Source: Deltaproteobacteria bacterium
Lineage (GTDB): Bacteria > Desulfobacterota > Syntrophia > Syntrophales > JACQWR01
NCBI GenBank assembly: GCA_016209105.1
Contig: JACQWR010000027.1
Span: forward strand, 1,497-65,496
Length of the DNA: 64,000 nt
Direction: 5' to 3'
Below are positions 48,470 through 57,859 of the stretch, piece by piece; position 1 is the stretch's first letter; the number at the start of each line of letters is the position of its first letter. The position numbers were made by a program, and so were the translations under genes. The notes beneath the pieces were generated by a model that saw nothing but the letters and a program-made list of their open reading frames with translations, was not told the DNA's origin and searched no databases.

Positions 48470-48530
48470 GGTTCAGGCTTGCAGCCTGAACCGAGCCATT
48501 AATGTTTGGTTCAATCTGCAAGATTGAACC
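48470..48530. repeat. pair of related perfect hairpins
   Basis: GGTTCAGGCT-tgc-AGCCTGAACC (48470-92) and GGTTCAATCT-gca-AGATTGAACC (48508-30). The outer GGTTCA/TGAACC is conserved and the inner stem differs by paired changes. Confidence 0.7.
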
Positions 48531-48547
48531 AGATCTTGTCTGATATT

Positions 48548-48667
48548 TCATCTCTCATTGGTGGACAGGGGGCGCCAGTTTACCAGTCTCCGGTTGGTTG
48601 AAAACAACCAGGCGATTCCCATCAGGACAAACATCCCGACGAAACTGATGATATTATAGAGACTCAT
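48548..48667 (-). pseudogene. 5' remnant of a NupC-family nucleoside transporter gene
   Basis: The 39-codon ORF MSLYNIISFVGMFVLMGIAWLFSTNRRLVNWRPLSTNER-stop matches the characteristic NupC N-terminus (first TM helix plus NRR-x-(I/V)NWR). The rest of the gene is absent. Confidence 0.6.
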
Positions 48668-48755
48668 GGCACTTCCCTTAAAATCGGCAAGAAGCGGATC
48701 TTCCGTAATCTCTTTGTTTTGATGTCTCCTTTTCTCTTTGTAAAACGATCCGGCT

Positions 48756-51440
48756 TCAGGTGTGCGCCTCGTCCCAATTTTTGCCGGAGGCGCAGTCCAC
48801 CTTCAGCGGGACGTTCAGGCTCACCACCTGCTCCATCTCGCGGCAGACGATGGCCATGACCTCTTCTTTCTCCGCGGCGGGCGCTTCGAAGACCAGTTCG
48901 TCGTGGACCTGCATGATCATGGCGGCCTGAAGACGTTTCTTTGCAAAGAGGCTTGAAATGTTAATCATCGCCACCTTGATGAGATCGGCAGCCGACCCCT
49001 GGATCGGCGCATTGATGGCCATGCGTTCCGCAAACTGCCGCACGGAGACATTCCCGTTGTTGAGCTCGGGGAGATAGCGGCGGCGGTTCAGGATGGTGGT
49101 GACGAAACCGTCCCGCCTCGCCTTTTCCAGAATCCCATCCAGGTAGATACGGACGCCGCGGTACTTGTGAAAATATTCGTCAATGTAGGCCTGGGCAAGT
49201 TTCTGCGCTATGCCCAGTTCTTTTGCAAGCCCAAAGGCGCTCATTCCGTAGAGCACGCCGAAATTTATCACCTTGGCCTGCCGCCGCATATCGGGGTTCA
49301 CCATCTCGGGAAACACGCCGAAGACGTCGGCCGCCGTTCTCGTGTGGATGTCTTCCCCGGAGGCGAAGGCCGCAACCAGCGTCTCGTCGCCGGAGAGATG
49401 GGCCAGCACCCTGAGCTCGATCTGGGAATAATCGGCGGATACAATTTCCCAGCCCGGCGGAGCGATAAAGGCCTGCCGAATCCTCTTCCCCTCCACGGTC
49501 CTGATGGGGATGTTCTGCAAATTGGGGTTGCTGCTGGAAAGGCGCCCCGTGGCCGTCCCCGTCTGGTTGTACGAGGTATGCACCCGCCCCGTTTCGGGGT
49601 TCACCAGGAGCGGCAGGGCATCAATGTAAGTAGACTTGAGCTTGGCCAGACTCCGATAGGCTAAAATTTCCGCGGGCAGCGCGTGGCTCCGGGCAAGTCC
49701 CGCCAACACTTCAACGTCCGTGGAGTAGCCCTCTTTCGTCTTTTTCCCCTTGGGAAGACCGAGCTTGTCGAACAGTATGGTTTGCAGCTGCTTAGGCGAA
49801 TTGACGTTGAATTTTTCCCCCGCGAGACGGTAAATCTTCTCCTCCGCAAGGGACATCAGCTGCGCCATTTCCTTTGACATGTCCCCGAGTAGCTTCACAT
49901 CCAATAACACCCCATTCCGTTCCATAGCGGCCAGAACAGATATGAGCGGCATCTCCACCAGATGAAAAAGATCGTGGAAGCCGTCATGGTCAATCTTACC
50001 GGCGAGGACAGGCGAAAGTCCCCGGACGGCATCGGCCCGCTGACAGGCATATTCCCGCGTTTTTTCCACGGAAACAGCGGACAGGGGCACGGCCTTGGCG
50101 CCGCTGCCTGCCAGTTCTTTCAGGGCAAGAATCTGTCGGCTGAGGTGCTCCCGGACCAAATCGGGAAGTTCAAAACTGTGACCCGCCGGGCTCAGGATGT
50201 ATGAGGCCACCATGGTGTCGCAGGCAATCCCCTTTAATGCAACGCCCTTTTTCGCACAGAGGATCAGGGCATTCTTCAGATCGTGGCCGTGCTTCTTGAT
50301 TGTTTCATCAGCAAAAAGCGGCGTAAAGCCGTTGAGCACTGCGGTTTCGGAAAGCTGCGCCGGTCCACCCGGGTAATCGTGGCCCAAGGGAATGTAGAAA
50401 ACCTCACCCTGCTGCGGACACACAGCCAATCCCAGGATCACGGAGCGCATTGCCTCGGGCCCGGTCATGAGAACATCCAGTGCGAATCCCTCGCTGACCG
50501 CAAGCCGTGCCGCCAGTTCGGTGAAGTCATCGCCATCGAGGACAAGCTGGTAGTTGCCGGTCACCGCTTCTTCCCGGATTTTCAGTTCCTGCAACAGGGA
50601 GGAAAATTCAAACTCTTTGAACAGCGTCTTCAGGGCCTCCCTGTCCGGTTCCGTATAACGGGCCGCTTCCAGGTCGAAATCGATCTCCACGTCCGTTTTG
50701 ATGGTAGCCAGGTCGCGGCTCATCCGTGCCTGCTCGGCAAACTGTTCGACGGCCTCCCGCACCTTCGCATTCCTGATCGTACCCGTGTTTTTGAGGACTT
50801 CCTCGATCGTACCGCATTCCTGGATCAACCGCTGGGCCGTTTTCGGCCCTATGCCCGGCACGCCGGGGATGTTGTCCGAGGCATCGCCCATGAGGCCGAG
50901 GATATCCACCACCTTCTCCGGCCCCACCCCGAAGCGGGCCTTCACGGCCTCCCGGTCGTACGTCTTTTCCTTCATGGTGTCCACCATGACGATGTCATCG
51001 GTAATGAGCTGCATCAGGTCCTTGTCCCCGGAAACGATAACGATCTTTATTCCCCGGTCTGCATAGGTTTTGGCCAGCGTCCCGATGATATCGTCGGCTT
51101 CTATCCCCTGTTGCTCCAGAATCGGGATGGAAAAACCGCGCACGATGTCCTTGATGTAGGGGATCTGGGGAATCAGGGTATCGGGCGTGGCCTTCCGCGT
51201 CGCCTTGTAGTCCTCATAGGCATCGTGGCGGAAGGTGGGCCCCTTCAGGTCGAAGGCAACGGCGATATACTGCGGCTTCATATCGCGCAGGAGCTTGACC
51301 AGCATGGTGGTAAAGCCATAGATGGCGTTGGTGGGAAATCCCTTCGAGTTGGAAAGTTCCCGAATCGCGTAGTAGGCACGGTAAACGTAGTTGCTGCCGT
51401 CTACGAGGACGAGCGCGGGTTTTTCATTTGTGTCCGGCAT
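48756..51440 (-). CDS. polA: DNA polymerase I
   Basis: 894 aa. 5'-nuclease N-terminus LVLVDGSNYVYRAYYA, 3'-5' exonuclease region, and polymerase motifs DYSQIELRVLAHLS, RRQAKVINFGVLYG and QVHDELVFE. Confidence 0.95.
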   Translation of the reverse strand: MPDTNEKPALVLVDGSNYVYRAYYAIRELSNSKGFPTNAIYGFTTMLVKLLRDMKPQYIAVAFDLKGPTFRHDAYEDYKATRKATPDTLIPQIPYIKDIVRGFSIPILEQQGIEADDIIGTLAKTYADRGIKIVIVSGDKDLMQLITDDIVMVDTMKEKTYDREAVKARFGVGPEKVVDILGLMGDASDNIPGVPGIGPKTAQRLIQECGTIEEVLKNTGTIRNAKVREAVEQFAEQARMSRDLATIKTDVEIDFDLEAARYTEPDREALKTLFKEFEFSSLLQELKIREEAVTGNYQLVLDGDDFTELAARLAVSEGFALDVLMTGPEAMRSVILGLAVCPQQGEVFYIPLGHDYPGGPAQLSETAVLNGFTPLFADETIKKHGHDLKNALILCAKKGVALKGIACDTMVASYILSPAGHSFELPDLVREHLSRQILALKELAGSGAKAVPLSAVSVEKTREYACQRADAVRGLSPVLAGKIDHDGFHDLFHLVEMPLISVLAAMERNGVLLDVKLLGDMSKEMAQLMSLAEEKIYRLAGEKFNVNSPKQLQTILFDKLGLPKGKKTKEGYSTDVEVLAGLARSHALPAEILAYRSLAKLKSTYIDALPLLVNPETGRVHTSYNQTGTATGRLSSSNPNLQNIPIRTVEGKRIRQAFIAPPGWEIVSADYSQIELRVLAHLSGDETLVAAFASGEDIHTRTAADVFGVFPEMVNPDMRRQAKVINFGVLYGMSAFGLAKELGIAQKLAQAYIDEYFHKYRGVRIYLDGILEKARRDGFVTTILNRRRYLPELNNGNVSVRQFAERMAINAPIQGSAADLIKVAMINISSLFAKKRLQAAMIMQVHDELVFEAPAAEKEEVMAIVCREMEQVVSLNVPLKVDCASGKNWDEAHT

Positions 51441-51491
51441 TATCGTTATTCCCTTTGGGAAGGCCTATCGGCGGAAGTATCAATCTGTTGT

Positions 51492-52340
51492 TCAATGCCT
51501 CGCCGGCGAGGCTTTCACTTGACAGCGGGAAAGGACATCTGCAAGAAATGCGAGGGCGCCGTCCGTGTTTTTCCAGTATCTTCCCATCCGTTGCCAGTAA
51601 TCATAGGCCTCGTCCGCGCCGCCCACCGTGATGTATCCGAATGACATGTCTTTCGGCATCCGGTGACGTTTTCTGAGCAGTTCACGGGCAACTTCCGGAA
51701 GCAATCCGACCGCCCGGATCAGCGCCTTTTCCGCCTGCTTCTTCCTGCCCATCCCCAAAAGGGCAAGCGACCGACCGTAGACCGTATCCGCCATGCCGTC
51801 GTTTTCGTACTTATCACAGACCTGCAGCGCCTCGTCGGGACGGTCCATGGCGAAACTGTTTTCGACGGCCAGGGCGCGCACCCCCTGGTTGTCATTCGGA
51901 TTCATAGCCAGCAGATGGTTGAAAATCAGGTGTGCGGAATCGTTCCTGCCGGCATCAAAAAGGAACATCGCCAATCCGTAATAAGCCCGCAGGAAGGGTC
52001 TGTTCTCCAGCCAGCCCCATTCCAGACGGTCCTCACCCATAACAAATTCCTCCGGCAGACTCTTCATGCCGATCTCCACCGCTTTTCCCCACAGCTCGAA
52101 CGCGGTCATGACATCCCCGCGATAGGACATGAGTAACGCCAGATGATGATGGGCATCGATGTGGAGGGGGCAGTTTCTGATCACCTTCCGAAAAAATTTT
52201 TCCGCCGCATCACCGTCTTCCTCGCCCATAAGGTCAACCGCATTATAGAACTCATCCTTGATGCCGGACAAGCCCGGCGGGTCATCAAATTTCCATTCTT
52301 TCGGCCCCACCTTTTCCATCTTCAGTTTCTTTGCCGCCAT
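51492..52340 (-). CDS. hypothetical protein with TPR-like helical repeats
   Basis: Start is placed at MAAKKLKMEKV, 20 nt after the upstream stop; the ORF track extends to 52400, into the upstream gene. Repeated A-x-x-x-F/Y-x-x-A/L helix pairs (AEKFFRKVIRNCP..., AHLIFNHLLAMNPNDNQG...). No sharper assignment. Confidence 0.45.
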   Translation of the reverse strand: MAAKKLKMEKVGPKEWKFDDPPGLSGIKDEFYNAVDLMGEEDGDAAEKFFRKVIRNCPLHIDAHHHLALLMSYRGDVMTAFELWGKAVEIGMKSLPEEFVMGEDRLEWGWLENRPFLRAYYGLAMFLFDAGRNDSAHLIFNHLLAMNPNDNQGVRALAVENSFAMDRPDEALQVCDKYENDGMADTVYGRSLALLGMGRKKQAEKALIRAVGLLPEVARELLRKRHRMPKDMSFGYITVGGADEAYDYWQRMGRYWKNTDGALAFLADVLSRCQVKASPARH

Positions 52341-52359
52341 AACGATCCTCCGTTGAAGT

Positions 52360-53469
52360 CTATTTCCTCGGCTCGTAGACGCAGAAGGGCTCTTCGGCAA
52401 GGTAGTCGCCGGTGATCTCGTAGGCGCGGGCGCGGCAGCCGCCGCAAACGCGGATGAATTCGCACCGACCGCACTTGCCGCCGTAGCGGTTCAGATCGCG
52501 CAGATTTTTGAAGATGGGTGTGTTTGCCCAGATCTCCCCGAAATTCGCTTCCTTCACCTGGCCGCAATCCAAATCCAGGTAGCCGCAGGGCTGCACCTGC
52601 CCCGTATGGGAGATGAAGCAGAAGGAACTGCCGCCCATGCAACCCCGCGTCATGGCGTGCAGCGCGCTTGCACCCGCTGCGCCGTGTTTCGCCGCCGCCC
52701 GTGTCGCCATTTGGGCCGGGCCTTTCTTCTGGTGGAAGATGCGGAAGTAGTGGGGCGCACAGGTTGCCTTAAGCTGGATGGGGGCGCGCAAGCTCTCCTC
52801 GTAGAACCAGTTCAGGGTCTCTTCGTATGCCTGGGGCGGAATTTCCTGGTCGGCCATCTCCTTGCCCCGTCCCGTGGGCACAAGCAGGAAGATGTGGTGG
52901 GCTGCAGCCCCGATTTTGATCGCCAGATCGAATATACCCTTGATCTGGCCCAGGTTCGCCTTCGTGATCGTGGTGTTGATCTGGAATTCGAGGCCCGCCT
53001 TTTTCATCGCCTCGATGCCGGCCATGCTGCCGGCGAAGGCCCCGGGCACCTTGCGGAAGGCGTCATGGCTGGCGGCGTCCAGGCCATCAATGCTGATGCT
53101 GACCCGCTGGATCCCGGAGGCGATCATCCGGCCGGCGACCTCCTCCGTCACCAGGGTGCCGTTCGTGGCCATGACCATCCTGAGCCCCTTGGCAGTGCCG
53201 TAGGAGGCGATCTCGAAGATGTCCTGCCGCAGGAGCGGTTCCCCGCCGGTCAGGATAATCACCGGCGTGCTGAAGGCGGCAATCTCGTCGAGGAGCTTTT
53301 TGCACTGGTCCGTATCGAGTTCTCCCCGGTAAGGCCCGCATTCCGCAGAGGCGCGGCAATGGACGCAGGCAAGGTTGCAGCTCCGCGTCGTCTCCCAGGC
53401 CACCATCCGCAGCGTATCCGGCAGGAGCGGCAGGTTTCTTCCTCTTGATTCTGTCTTTGTCTCTGTCAT
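52360..53469 (-). CDS. radical SAM/SPASM heme-biosynthesis enzyme, AhbD (or AhbC/NirJ)-like
   Basis: 369 aa. [25 protein letters not shown] and the C-terminal SPASM region [22 protein letters not shown]...[20 protein letters not shown]. Embedded in the tetrapyrrole gene block. Confidence 0.6.
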   Translation of the reverse strand: MTETKTESRGRNLPLLPDTLRMVAWETTRSCNLACVHCRASAECGPYRGELDTDQCKKLLDEIAAFSTPVIILTGGEPLLRQDIFEIASYGTAKGLRMVMATNGTLVTEEVAGRMIASGIQRVSISIDGLDAASHDAFRKVPGAFAGSMAGIEAMKKAGLEFQINTTITKANLGQIKGIFDLAIKIGAAAHHIFLLVPTGRGKEMADQEIPPQAYEETLNWFYEESLRAPIQLKATCAPHYFRIFHQKKGPAQMATRAAAKHGAAGASALHAMTRGCMGGSSFCFISHTGQVQPCGYLDLDCGQVKEANFGEIWANTPIFKNLRDLNRYGGKCGRCEFIRVCGGCRARAYEITGDYLAEEPFCVYEPRK

Positions 53470-54440
53470 TTGTTTAATACCTTTGCGGCTTCCTGGGCAA
53501 AGTAGGTAATGATGATGTCCGCACCGGCACGCCGGATGGAAAGGAGCGACTCCATCATGGCCTTTTCGCCGTCGAGCCAGCCCAGGTTGGCCGCCGCCTT
53601 GATCATGGAAAACTCGCCGCTCACGTTATACGCCGCGATGGGCAGGTCGAACTCCTCGCGCGCCCGGCGGATGATGTCGAGGTAGGGAAGCGCCGGCTTC
53701 ACCATGAGGATATCCGCGCCCTCCTCCACGTCGAGCGTCATCTCCCGGATCGCCTCGTCGCCGTTCGCCGGATCCATCTGGTAAGACTTCCGGTCGCCGT
53801 ACTGCGGGGCGCTTTCCGCCGCCTCGCGGAACGGCCCGTAAAAGCAGGAGGCGTATTTGGCCGCGTAGGACATGATGGGGATCGAATCATAGCCCGCTTC
53901 GTCGAGCGTCTCGCGGATGGCGCCGATCTGGCCGTCCATCATGGCCGAAGGCGCAACCATGTCCGCGCCGGCCTTGGCGTGGGAGAGGGCCGTTTCGGCA
54001 AGCACCTCGATGGTGGAATCGTTCTCCACGTCGCCCTTCTCAATCATGCCGCAATGTCCGTGGCTGGTGTATTCGCAGAGGCAGACGTCCGTAATCACCA
54101 GGATATCGGGTGCCTTGTCCTTTATCGTTCGCACCGCCCTCTGCACGATGCCGTCCTTCGCGAAGGCGCCGGAGGCCGCTTCATCCTTCTTGTCGGGGAT
54201 GCCGAAGAGGAGCACCGCCAGTATGCCCAGTTCTTTTGTCTCCTCCACTGCCCGGAGGAGATAATCAATGGACAGCTGAAAATTCCCGGGCATGGAATTG
54301 ATGGGCTTCTTCACCCCCTTGCCTTCGGTCACGAAGAGGGGATAGACCATATTGTCCACGGACAGGTTCGTTTCCCGGACCATCCGCCGGAAATTCGCGT
54401 TCTTTCTTAACCGTCTGGGACGGTAATCGGGGAAATACAT
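53466..54440 (-). CDS. hemB: porphobilinogen synthase (delta-aminolevulinate dehydratase), zinc type
   Basis: [14 protein letters not shown] start preceded by GGAGG. Zn site [14 protein letters not shown], and the active-site Lys contexts [10 protein letters not shown] and SYAAKYAS. The 9 extra N-terminal codons of the ORF track (to 54467) are repeat sequence. Confidence 0.92.
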   Translation of the reverse strand: MYFPDYRPRRLRKNANFRRMVRETNLSVDNMVYPLFVTEGKGVKKPINSMPGNFQLSIDYLLRAVEETKELGILAVLLFGIPDKKDEAASGAFAKDGIVQRAVRTIKDKAPDILVITDVCLCEYTSHGHCGMIEKGDVENDSTIEVLAETALSHAKAGADMVAPSAMMDGQIGAIRETLDEAGYDSIPIMSYAAKYASCFYGPFREAAESAPQYGDRKSYQMDPANGDEAIREMTLDVEEGADILMVKPALPYLDIIRRAREEFDLPIAAYNVSGEFSMIKAAANLGWLDGEKAMMESLLSIRRAGADIIITYFAQEAAKVLNK

Positions 54441-54452
54441 ATCATCCTCCTT

Positions 54453-54532
54453 TGACGACTTCGTCAAAATTGGTAAATTTTTTGGTTCTTTACAAGTTCA
54501 TGTTTGCATAGAGGCGTTTTACGAAGTCGTCA
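54453..54532. repeat. MITE/REP-like repeat, family A (short copy)
   Basis: tgacgacttcgtcaaaa (54453-69) and cgttttacgaagtcgtca (54515-32) are inverted arms matching those of 56498-56624. Fills the gap between the DsrE-like gene stop and the hemB start. Confidence 0.75.
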
Positions 54533-54868
54533 TAAATGAATGACCTTTTCCGCCCCTTGCATAACCTCGATGATGTCCGGCATGTTGGACACCTTGCCCG
54601 CTCCTATCTTTTCCTTTATGTCGTAATAATCGAGACATGTCTTGCAGGCCAGCACTTCCACGCTTCTTCCCTCCAGCGCTTTAATGGCGTCGAGGCAGGG
54701 AGATTCGGGCAGAAGGAGCTGCACGCTCCGTTCCATCAGGAGAATGTGCGACGGCAGGCTGTCCGCCTGGATGAGCTTCAGAAAAAAAGTATTCATCAGG
54801 CGCGCCCCCAGTTCCGGATCCTGGCTGCCGATCTTATCAGAGGTGATGAAATATACAAACTCGCTCAT
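54530..54868 (-). CDS. DsrE/DsrF-like protein resembling the C-terminal domain of selenium-metabolism protein YedF
   Basis: 112 aa from MSEFVYFITSDKIGS, with GGGAGGAG upstream. ...ILLMERSVQLL...EVLACKTCLDYYDIKEKIGAGKVSNMPDIIEVM matches my recollection of the CGTCLxYY...G.xSNM pattern. Confidence 0.5.
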   Translation of the reverse strand: MSEFVYFITSDKIGSQDPELGARLMNTFFLKLIQADSLPSHILLMERSVQLLLPESPCLDAIKALEGRSVEVLACKTCLDYYDIKEKIGAGKVSNMPDIIEVMQGAEKVIHL

Positions 54869-54902
54869 ACTCAGATGCTCCTCCCTACAGGGTAGTCTTG
54901 TA

Positions 54903-56432
54903 TCATTTTCCCCCGCTCCGGTAAAACGCCACGATGCCCTCCACCAAGCCGGGAATGGTGTATTTCTCCTGCATGATATCAATCTTCATGCCTGCCTTTT
55001 CCGCAGTCCCGGCGGTAACGGGACCGATGCAGGCGATCTTCACCTGCGGGGGAGGGGAATAACCCCGTCCCATGATCTCCACAAAGTTCGTCACCGTGGA
55101 GGAACTGGTAAAGGTGATCACATCCACCTTCCCCTGCCCTATCCACGCCTCCAGTTCCGACTTCTGCCGCCCCGAGGAAGCGGTGCGGTAAACGGTTACC
55201 ACGTCCACCGTCGCCCCCAATTTCGCAAGTTCGGCGGGAATCACCTCCCTGGCTGTTTCGGCGCGGGGGAGGAGGATTCGGCTGCCCTTGATATTTTCTC
55301 CGCGGAACGCTTCAATGACCCCCTCGGAGATGAAGCTCGCCGGCACCAGGTCAACCTTGATGCCGCGGTCCTCAACGGCGCCCGCCGTGGCCGGGCCGAT
55401 AGCGCAGATACGGGTGCCCTTTAAGTCCCGAATGTCCTTCCCCAGATCGCGCAGGCGACGGAAAAAGTGACCAACACCGTTCGCGCTCGTGAAGATGATC
55501 CACTGGTAATTCCCGATCGCGCCGATGGCCCGGTCGAGATCGCGCCGGTCATCGGCGGGAACGATCTTAATGGTGGGAAAATGGAGAACCCGCGCCCCCT
55601 GCGCCCGGAGAAGGGCGGTAAATTCCGCCGCCTGTTCCGGGGGCCGGGTGATCACGACGCCCCTGCCGAAGAGGGGTTTTGTTTCGAACCAGTTCAGGCG
55701 CTCGCGCTGTTCAACCACCGGTCCCACCACCAGGATGGCGGGTGGACGGAATCCGGTCTCCTCGACCCTGCGGACGATATCCCCGAGCGTGGCGACAAGC
55801 GTCTCCTGCTCCGGCGTCGTCCCCCAGCGGATCAGCGCCGCCGGCGTCGCCGGATCCTTGCCGTTCTCGATAAGGTTGGCCGCGATTGCGGGCAGATTTT
55901 TCACCCCCATCAGAAACACGAGCGTCCCGATCTGGGCGAGCGCCTTCCAGTCAATGTCGCTTTTGTCTTTTGTGGGATCTTCATGGCCGGTCACAAAGGC
56001 CACCGTGGAAGCAAAGCCGCGGTGGGTGATCGGTATCCCCGCATAGGCGGGCACGGACATCGCCGAGGTGACCCCGGGAACTATCTCGAAGGGAATGCCG
56101 GCCCCGACAAGCGCCTCCGCCTCCTCCCCCCCGCGGCCGAACAGGAAGGGGTCGCCGCCCTTCAACCGGGCGACAACGTTCCCCGCCGATGCTTCCCTGA
56201 TGAGGAGCGCATTGATCTCGGCCTGGGGGATGGTATGGTCTTTCCCCTTCTTTCCCGCGTAGATCAGGCGGGCCTTTTCGCCGGCGTGGAGGAGAATGTC
56301 CCCGCCCACCAGGTAATCGTAGATCACCACGTCGGCTTCCCGCAGACACTCGACGCCCCGGAGCGTAATGAGCCCCGGATCGCCCGGCCCGGCCCCGATA
56401 ATATAAACTTTTCCTTTTATTTCCATTCTCAT
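54903..56432 (-). CDS. cobA: uroporphyrinogen-III C-methyltransferase fused to uroporphyrinogen-III synthase
   Basis: The N-terminal half has [18 protein letters not shown]...[18 protein letters not shown] (SUMT). The C-terminal about 250 aa follow the HemD pattern (VVITRP...FTSANGV...ICAIGPATA). The start could be ATG 56432 or TTG 56438. Confidence 0.88.
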   Translation of the reverse strand: MRMEIKGKVYIIGAGPGDPGLITLRGVECLREADVVIYDYLVGGDILLHAGEKARLIYAGKKGKDHTIPQAEINALLIREASAGNVVARLKGGDPFLFGRGGEEAEALVGAGIPFEIVPGVTSAMSVPAYAGIPITHRGFASTVAFVTGHEDPTKDKSDIDWKALAQIGTLVFLMGVKNLPAIAANLIENGKDPATPAALIRWGTTPEQETLVATLGDIVRRVEETGFRPPAILVVGPVVEQRERLNWFETKPLFGRGVVITRPPEQAAEFTALLRAQGARVLHFPTIKIVPADDRRDLDRAIGAIGNYQWIIFTSANGVGHFFRRLRDLGKDIRDLKGTRICAIGPATAGAVEDRGIKVDLVPASFISEGVIEAFRGENIKGSRILLPRAETAREVIPAELAKLGATVDVVTVYRTASSGRQKSELEAWIGQGKVDVITFTSSSTVTNFVEIMGRGYSPPPQVKIACIGPVTAGTAEKAGMKIDIMQEKYTIPGLVEGIVAFYRSGGK

Positions 56433-56497
56433 TACCAATTCCGTCGCTGTGGCGGTTTAAATCGCGGTCTCAGGTTAATGTTATCTAATACAATGAT

Positions 56498-56624
56498 TGA
56501 CGACTTCGTAAAACGTCCGCAGGCAAGGCGCACGAAGCCTGAGGAGTGAGGCGTACTAAGACGTACGCTGCAACAACGAAGGGTGAAGTGCAACGCTGCA
56601 TCCGGGCGTTTTACGAAGTCGTCA
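56498..56624 (+). repeat. MITE/REP-like palindromic repeat, family A (full copy)
   Basis: 18-nt perfect terminal inverted repeats TGACGACTTCGTAAAACG (56498-515) and CGTTTTACGAAGTCGTCA (56607-624). Central palindrome GCGTAC-taagac-GTACGC. The right arm supplies the last codons and the stop of hemC. Confidence 0.85.
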
Positions 56625-57489
56625 GGCAGGAGGTGTAAACCTCGTCCAAGAGTTCCTTCCCCCCGCGTGAGAGTATCCGCTCGGCCAGTTCTCTGCCGAG
56701 CGCTTCGTTTGTCGCCACGGGACCCGCAACCTCCTCCCGCACCATCACCCGGCCGTCCATGCCGCCTACGAGCCCCCGAAGCAGAAGCTGATCTCCGCTC
56801 TTCTTTCCATACGCTGCAATGGGGAGCTGGCACCCGCCCCCGATACGCTTCAGGAAAGCCCGCTCCGCCGACACCTCGAACCAGGTTGTCTCATGATGCA
56901 GGAAGGAAACGGCGTCCTTCACCCTCGCGTCGCCGCTCCGCATCTCTATGCCGATCACGCCCTGCCCCACCGCAGGCAGCACCATCTCCACGGGCAGGTA
57001 CTGGGATATCTGTTTCGCCCAGCCCATTCTCCGTATCCCGGCCGCGGCAAGGATCACCCCGTCCAGGTTCTCCGTTTCCACCTTCTTTATGCGGGTATCC
57101 AGATTGCCCCGAAGCGGCACGATCTCGATATCGGGCAGGTAATTCAGAAGCTGAAAGCCCCGGCGCATGGAACCCGTGCCGATCCGCGCCCTTTTCGGCA
57201 GCTCCTCGATCTTCCGATTATTTTTTGAAATCAGCACATCCCGTGGATCCTCCCGCTCAGGCACAATGCCGATTTCCAGGCCTGCGGGCAGTTCCGCCGG
57301 CACGTCCTTCATGCTGTGCACAGCCAAGTCAACATCATTCTTGAGAAGCGCATCCTCCAGCTCCTTGACGAAGAGGCCCTTTCCGCCGATCTTGGCGAGG
57401 GAGACATCCTGCATGATGTCACCCTTCGTCTTGATGATAATGACTTCCACGGTTATGCCGGGGTGGCGATTCCGTATCAGGTCCGCCAC
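56611..57489 (-). CDS. hemC: hydroxymethylbilane synthase (porphobilinogen deaminase)
   Basis: Dipyrromethane Cys context IGGGCQLPIAAY, and the TRIKKVETENLDGVILAAAG pattern. Coordinates follow the ORF track (GTG 57489). The conserved N-terminus LKIGSRGSKLALTQTNW is encoded in frame upstream (to about 57552) with no canonical start. See findings. Confidence 0.88.
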   Translation of the reverse strand: MADLIRNRHPGITVEVIIIKTKGDIMQDVSLAKIGGKGLFVKELEDALLKNDVDLAVHSMKDVPAELPAGLEIGIVPEREDPRDVLISKNNRKIEELPKRARIGTGSMRRGFQLLNYLPDIEIVPLRGNLDTRIKKVETENLDGVILAAAGIRRMGWAKQISQYLPVEMVLPAVGQGVIGIEMRSGDARVKDAVSFLHHETTWFEVSAERAFLKRIGGGCQLPIAAYGKKSGDQLLLRGLVGGMDGRVMVREEVAGPVATNEALGRELAERILSRGGKELLDEVYTSCLTTS

Positions 57490-57601
57490 CCAGTTCGTCT
57501 GGGTCAGCGCCAGCTTGCTCCCCCTCGATCCTATTTTCAGCGTCCCGTTAATGGCCTTCTTCCTCCCCCTTCTATACTGATTGCTAAAAATCGTCTCTGT
57601 G

Positions 57602-57741
57602 CAGGCTGCTCAAAAATGTCCAGATGCAAGGCCCCCGAAATACTTCGCCATGAGGCGTACTTTCCCGTACGTCGAATGGCGAAGGAACAGAGCAGCAGAC
57701 GCCGTCCCCGCGAAGGCGTGGGATGGGTATATTTGCAGACT
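57602..57741. repeat. mosaic of short repeat modules between hemA and hemC
   Basis: caggctgctcaaaaatgtccag (57602-23) matches 12770-12791 at 20/22. gaggcgtactttcccgtacg...cgaagg resembles the core of 56540-56585. No coding pattern. Confidence 0.5.
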
Positions 57742-57850
57742 CTCCGCAGTGGACTGCGGAGAGTCTGCGATTCCTAAGGTATATTACTCTATTCATCATT
57801 CGCTCGCTTATCCCGCGGCAAGCCGCGGGAATGCGCTCGCTGCCGAATTC
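57742..57850 (+). repeat. two-hairpin intergenic repeat, family D, copy 2
   Basis: Hairpin 1 is CTCCGCAG-tgga-CTGCGGAG (57742-61). Spacer ...gattcctaagg...ttcatcattcgctcgctta. Hairpin 2 is CCCGCGGC-aa-GCCGCGGG (57812-29). Tail aatgcgctcgctgccgaattc. Collinear with 46764-46871. Confidence 0.8.
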
Positions 57851-57859
57851 AGCAGCCTG

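Noticed and set aside
48470-48530. Possible CRISPR array or attC sites among the repeated hairpins
   Set aside because: There are only two copies, with no regular repeat-spacer periodicity, no cas genes in the window, and no integrase nearby. Listed as repeats instead.
50283-51644. 453-aa plus-strand ORF
   Set aside because: It is antisense to polA, whose minus-strand translation carries all polymerase I motifs. The plus-strand product has no domain pattern.
55467-57344. Plus-strand ORFs 55467-56549 (360 aa) and 56583-57344 (253 aa, Pro/Arg/Ser-rich)
   Set aside because: They are antisense to cobA-hemD and hemC. Composition is low-complexity and there are no motifs.
57515-57530. Apparent frameshift in hemC at the C5 run
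   Set aside because: My first hand reverse-complement dropped one G and suggested a broken frame. After recounting, KIGSRGSKLAL is in frame with the rest of hemC. The real anomaly is the missing canonical start codon.
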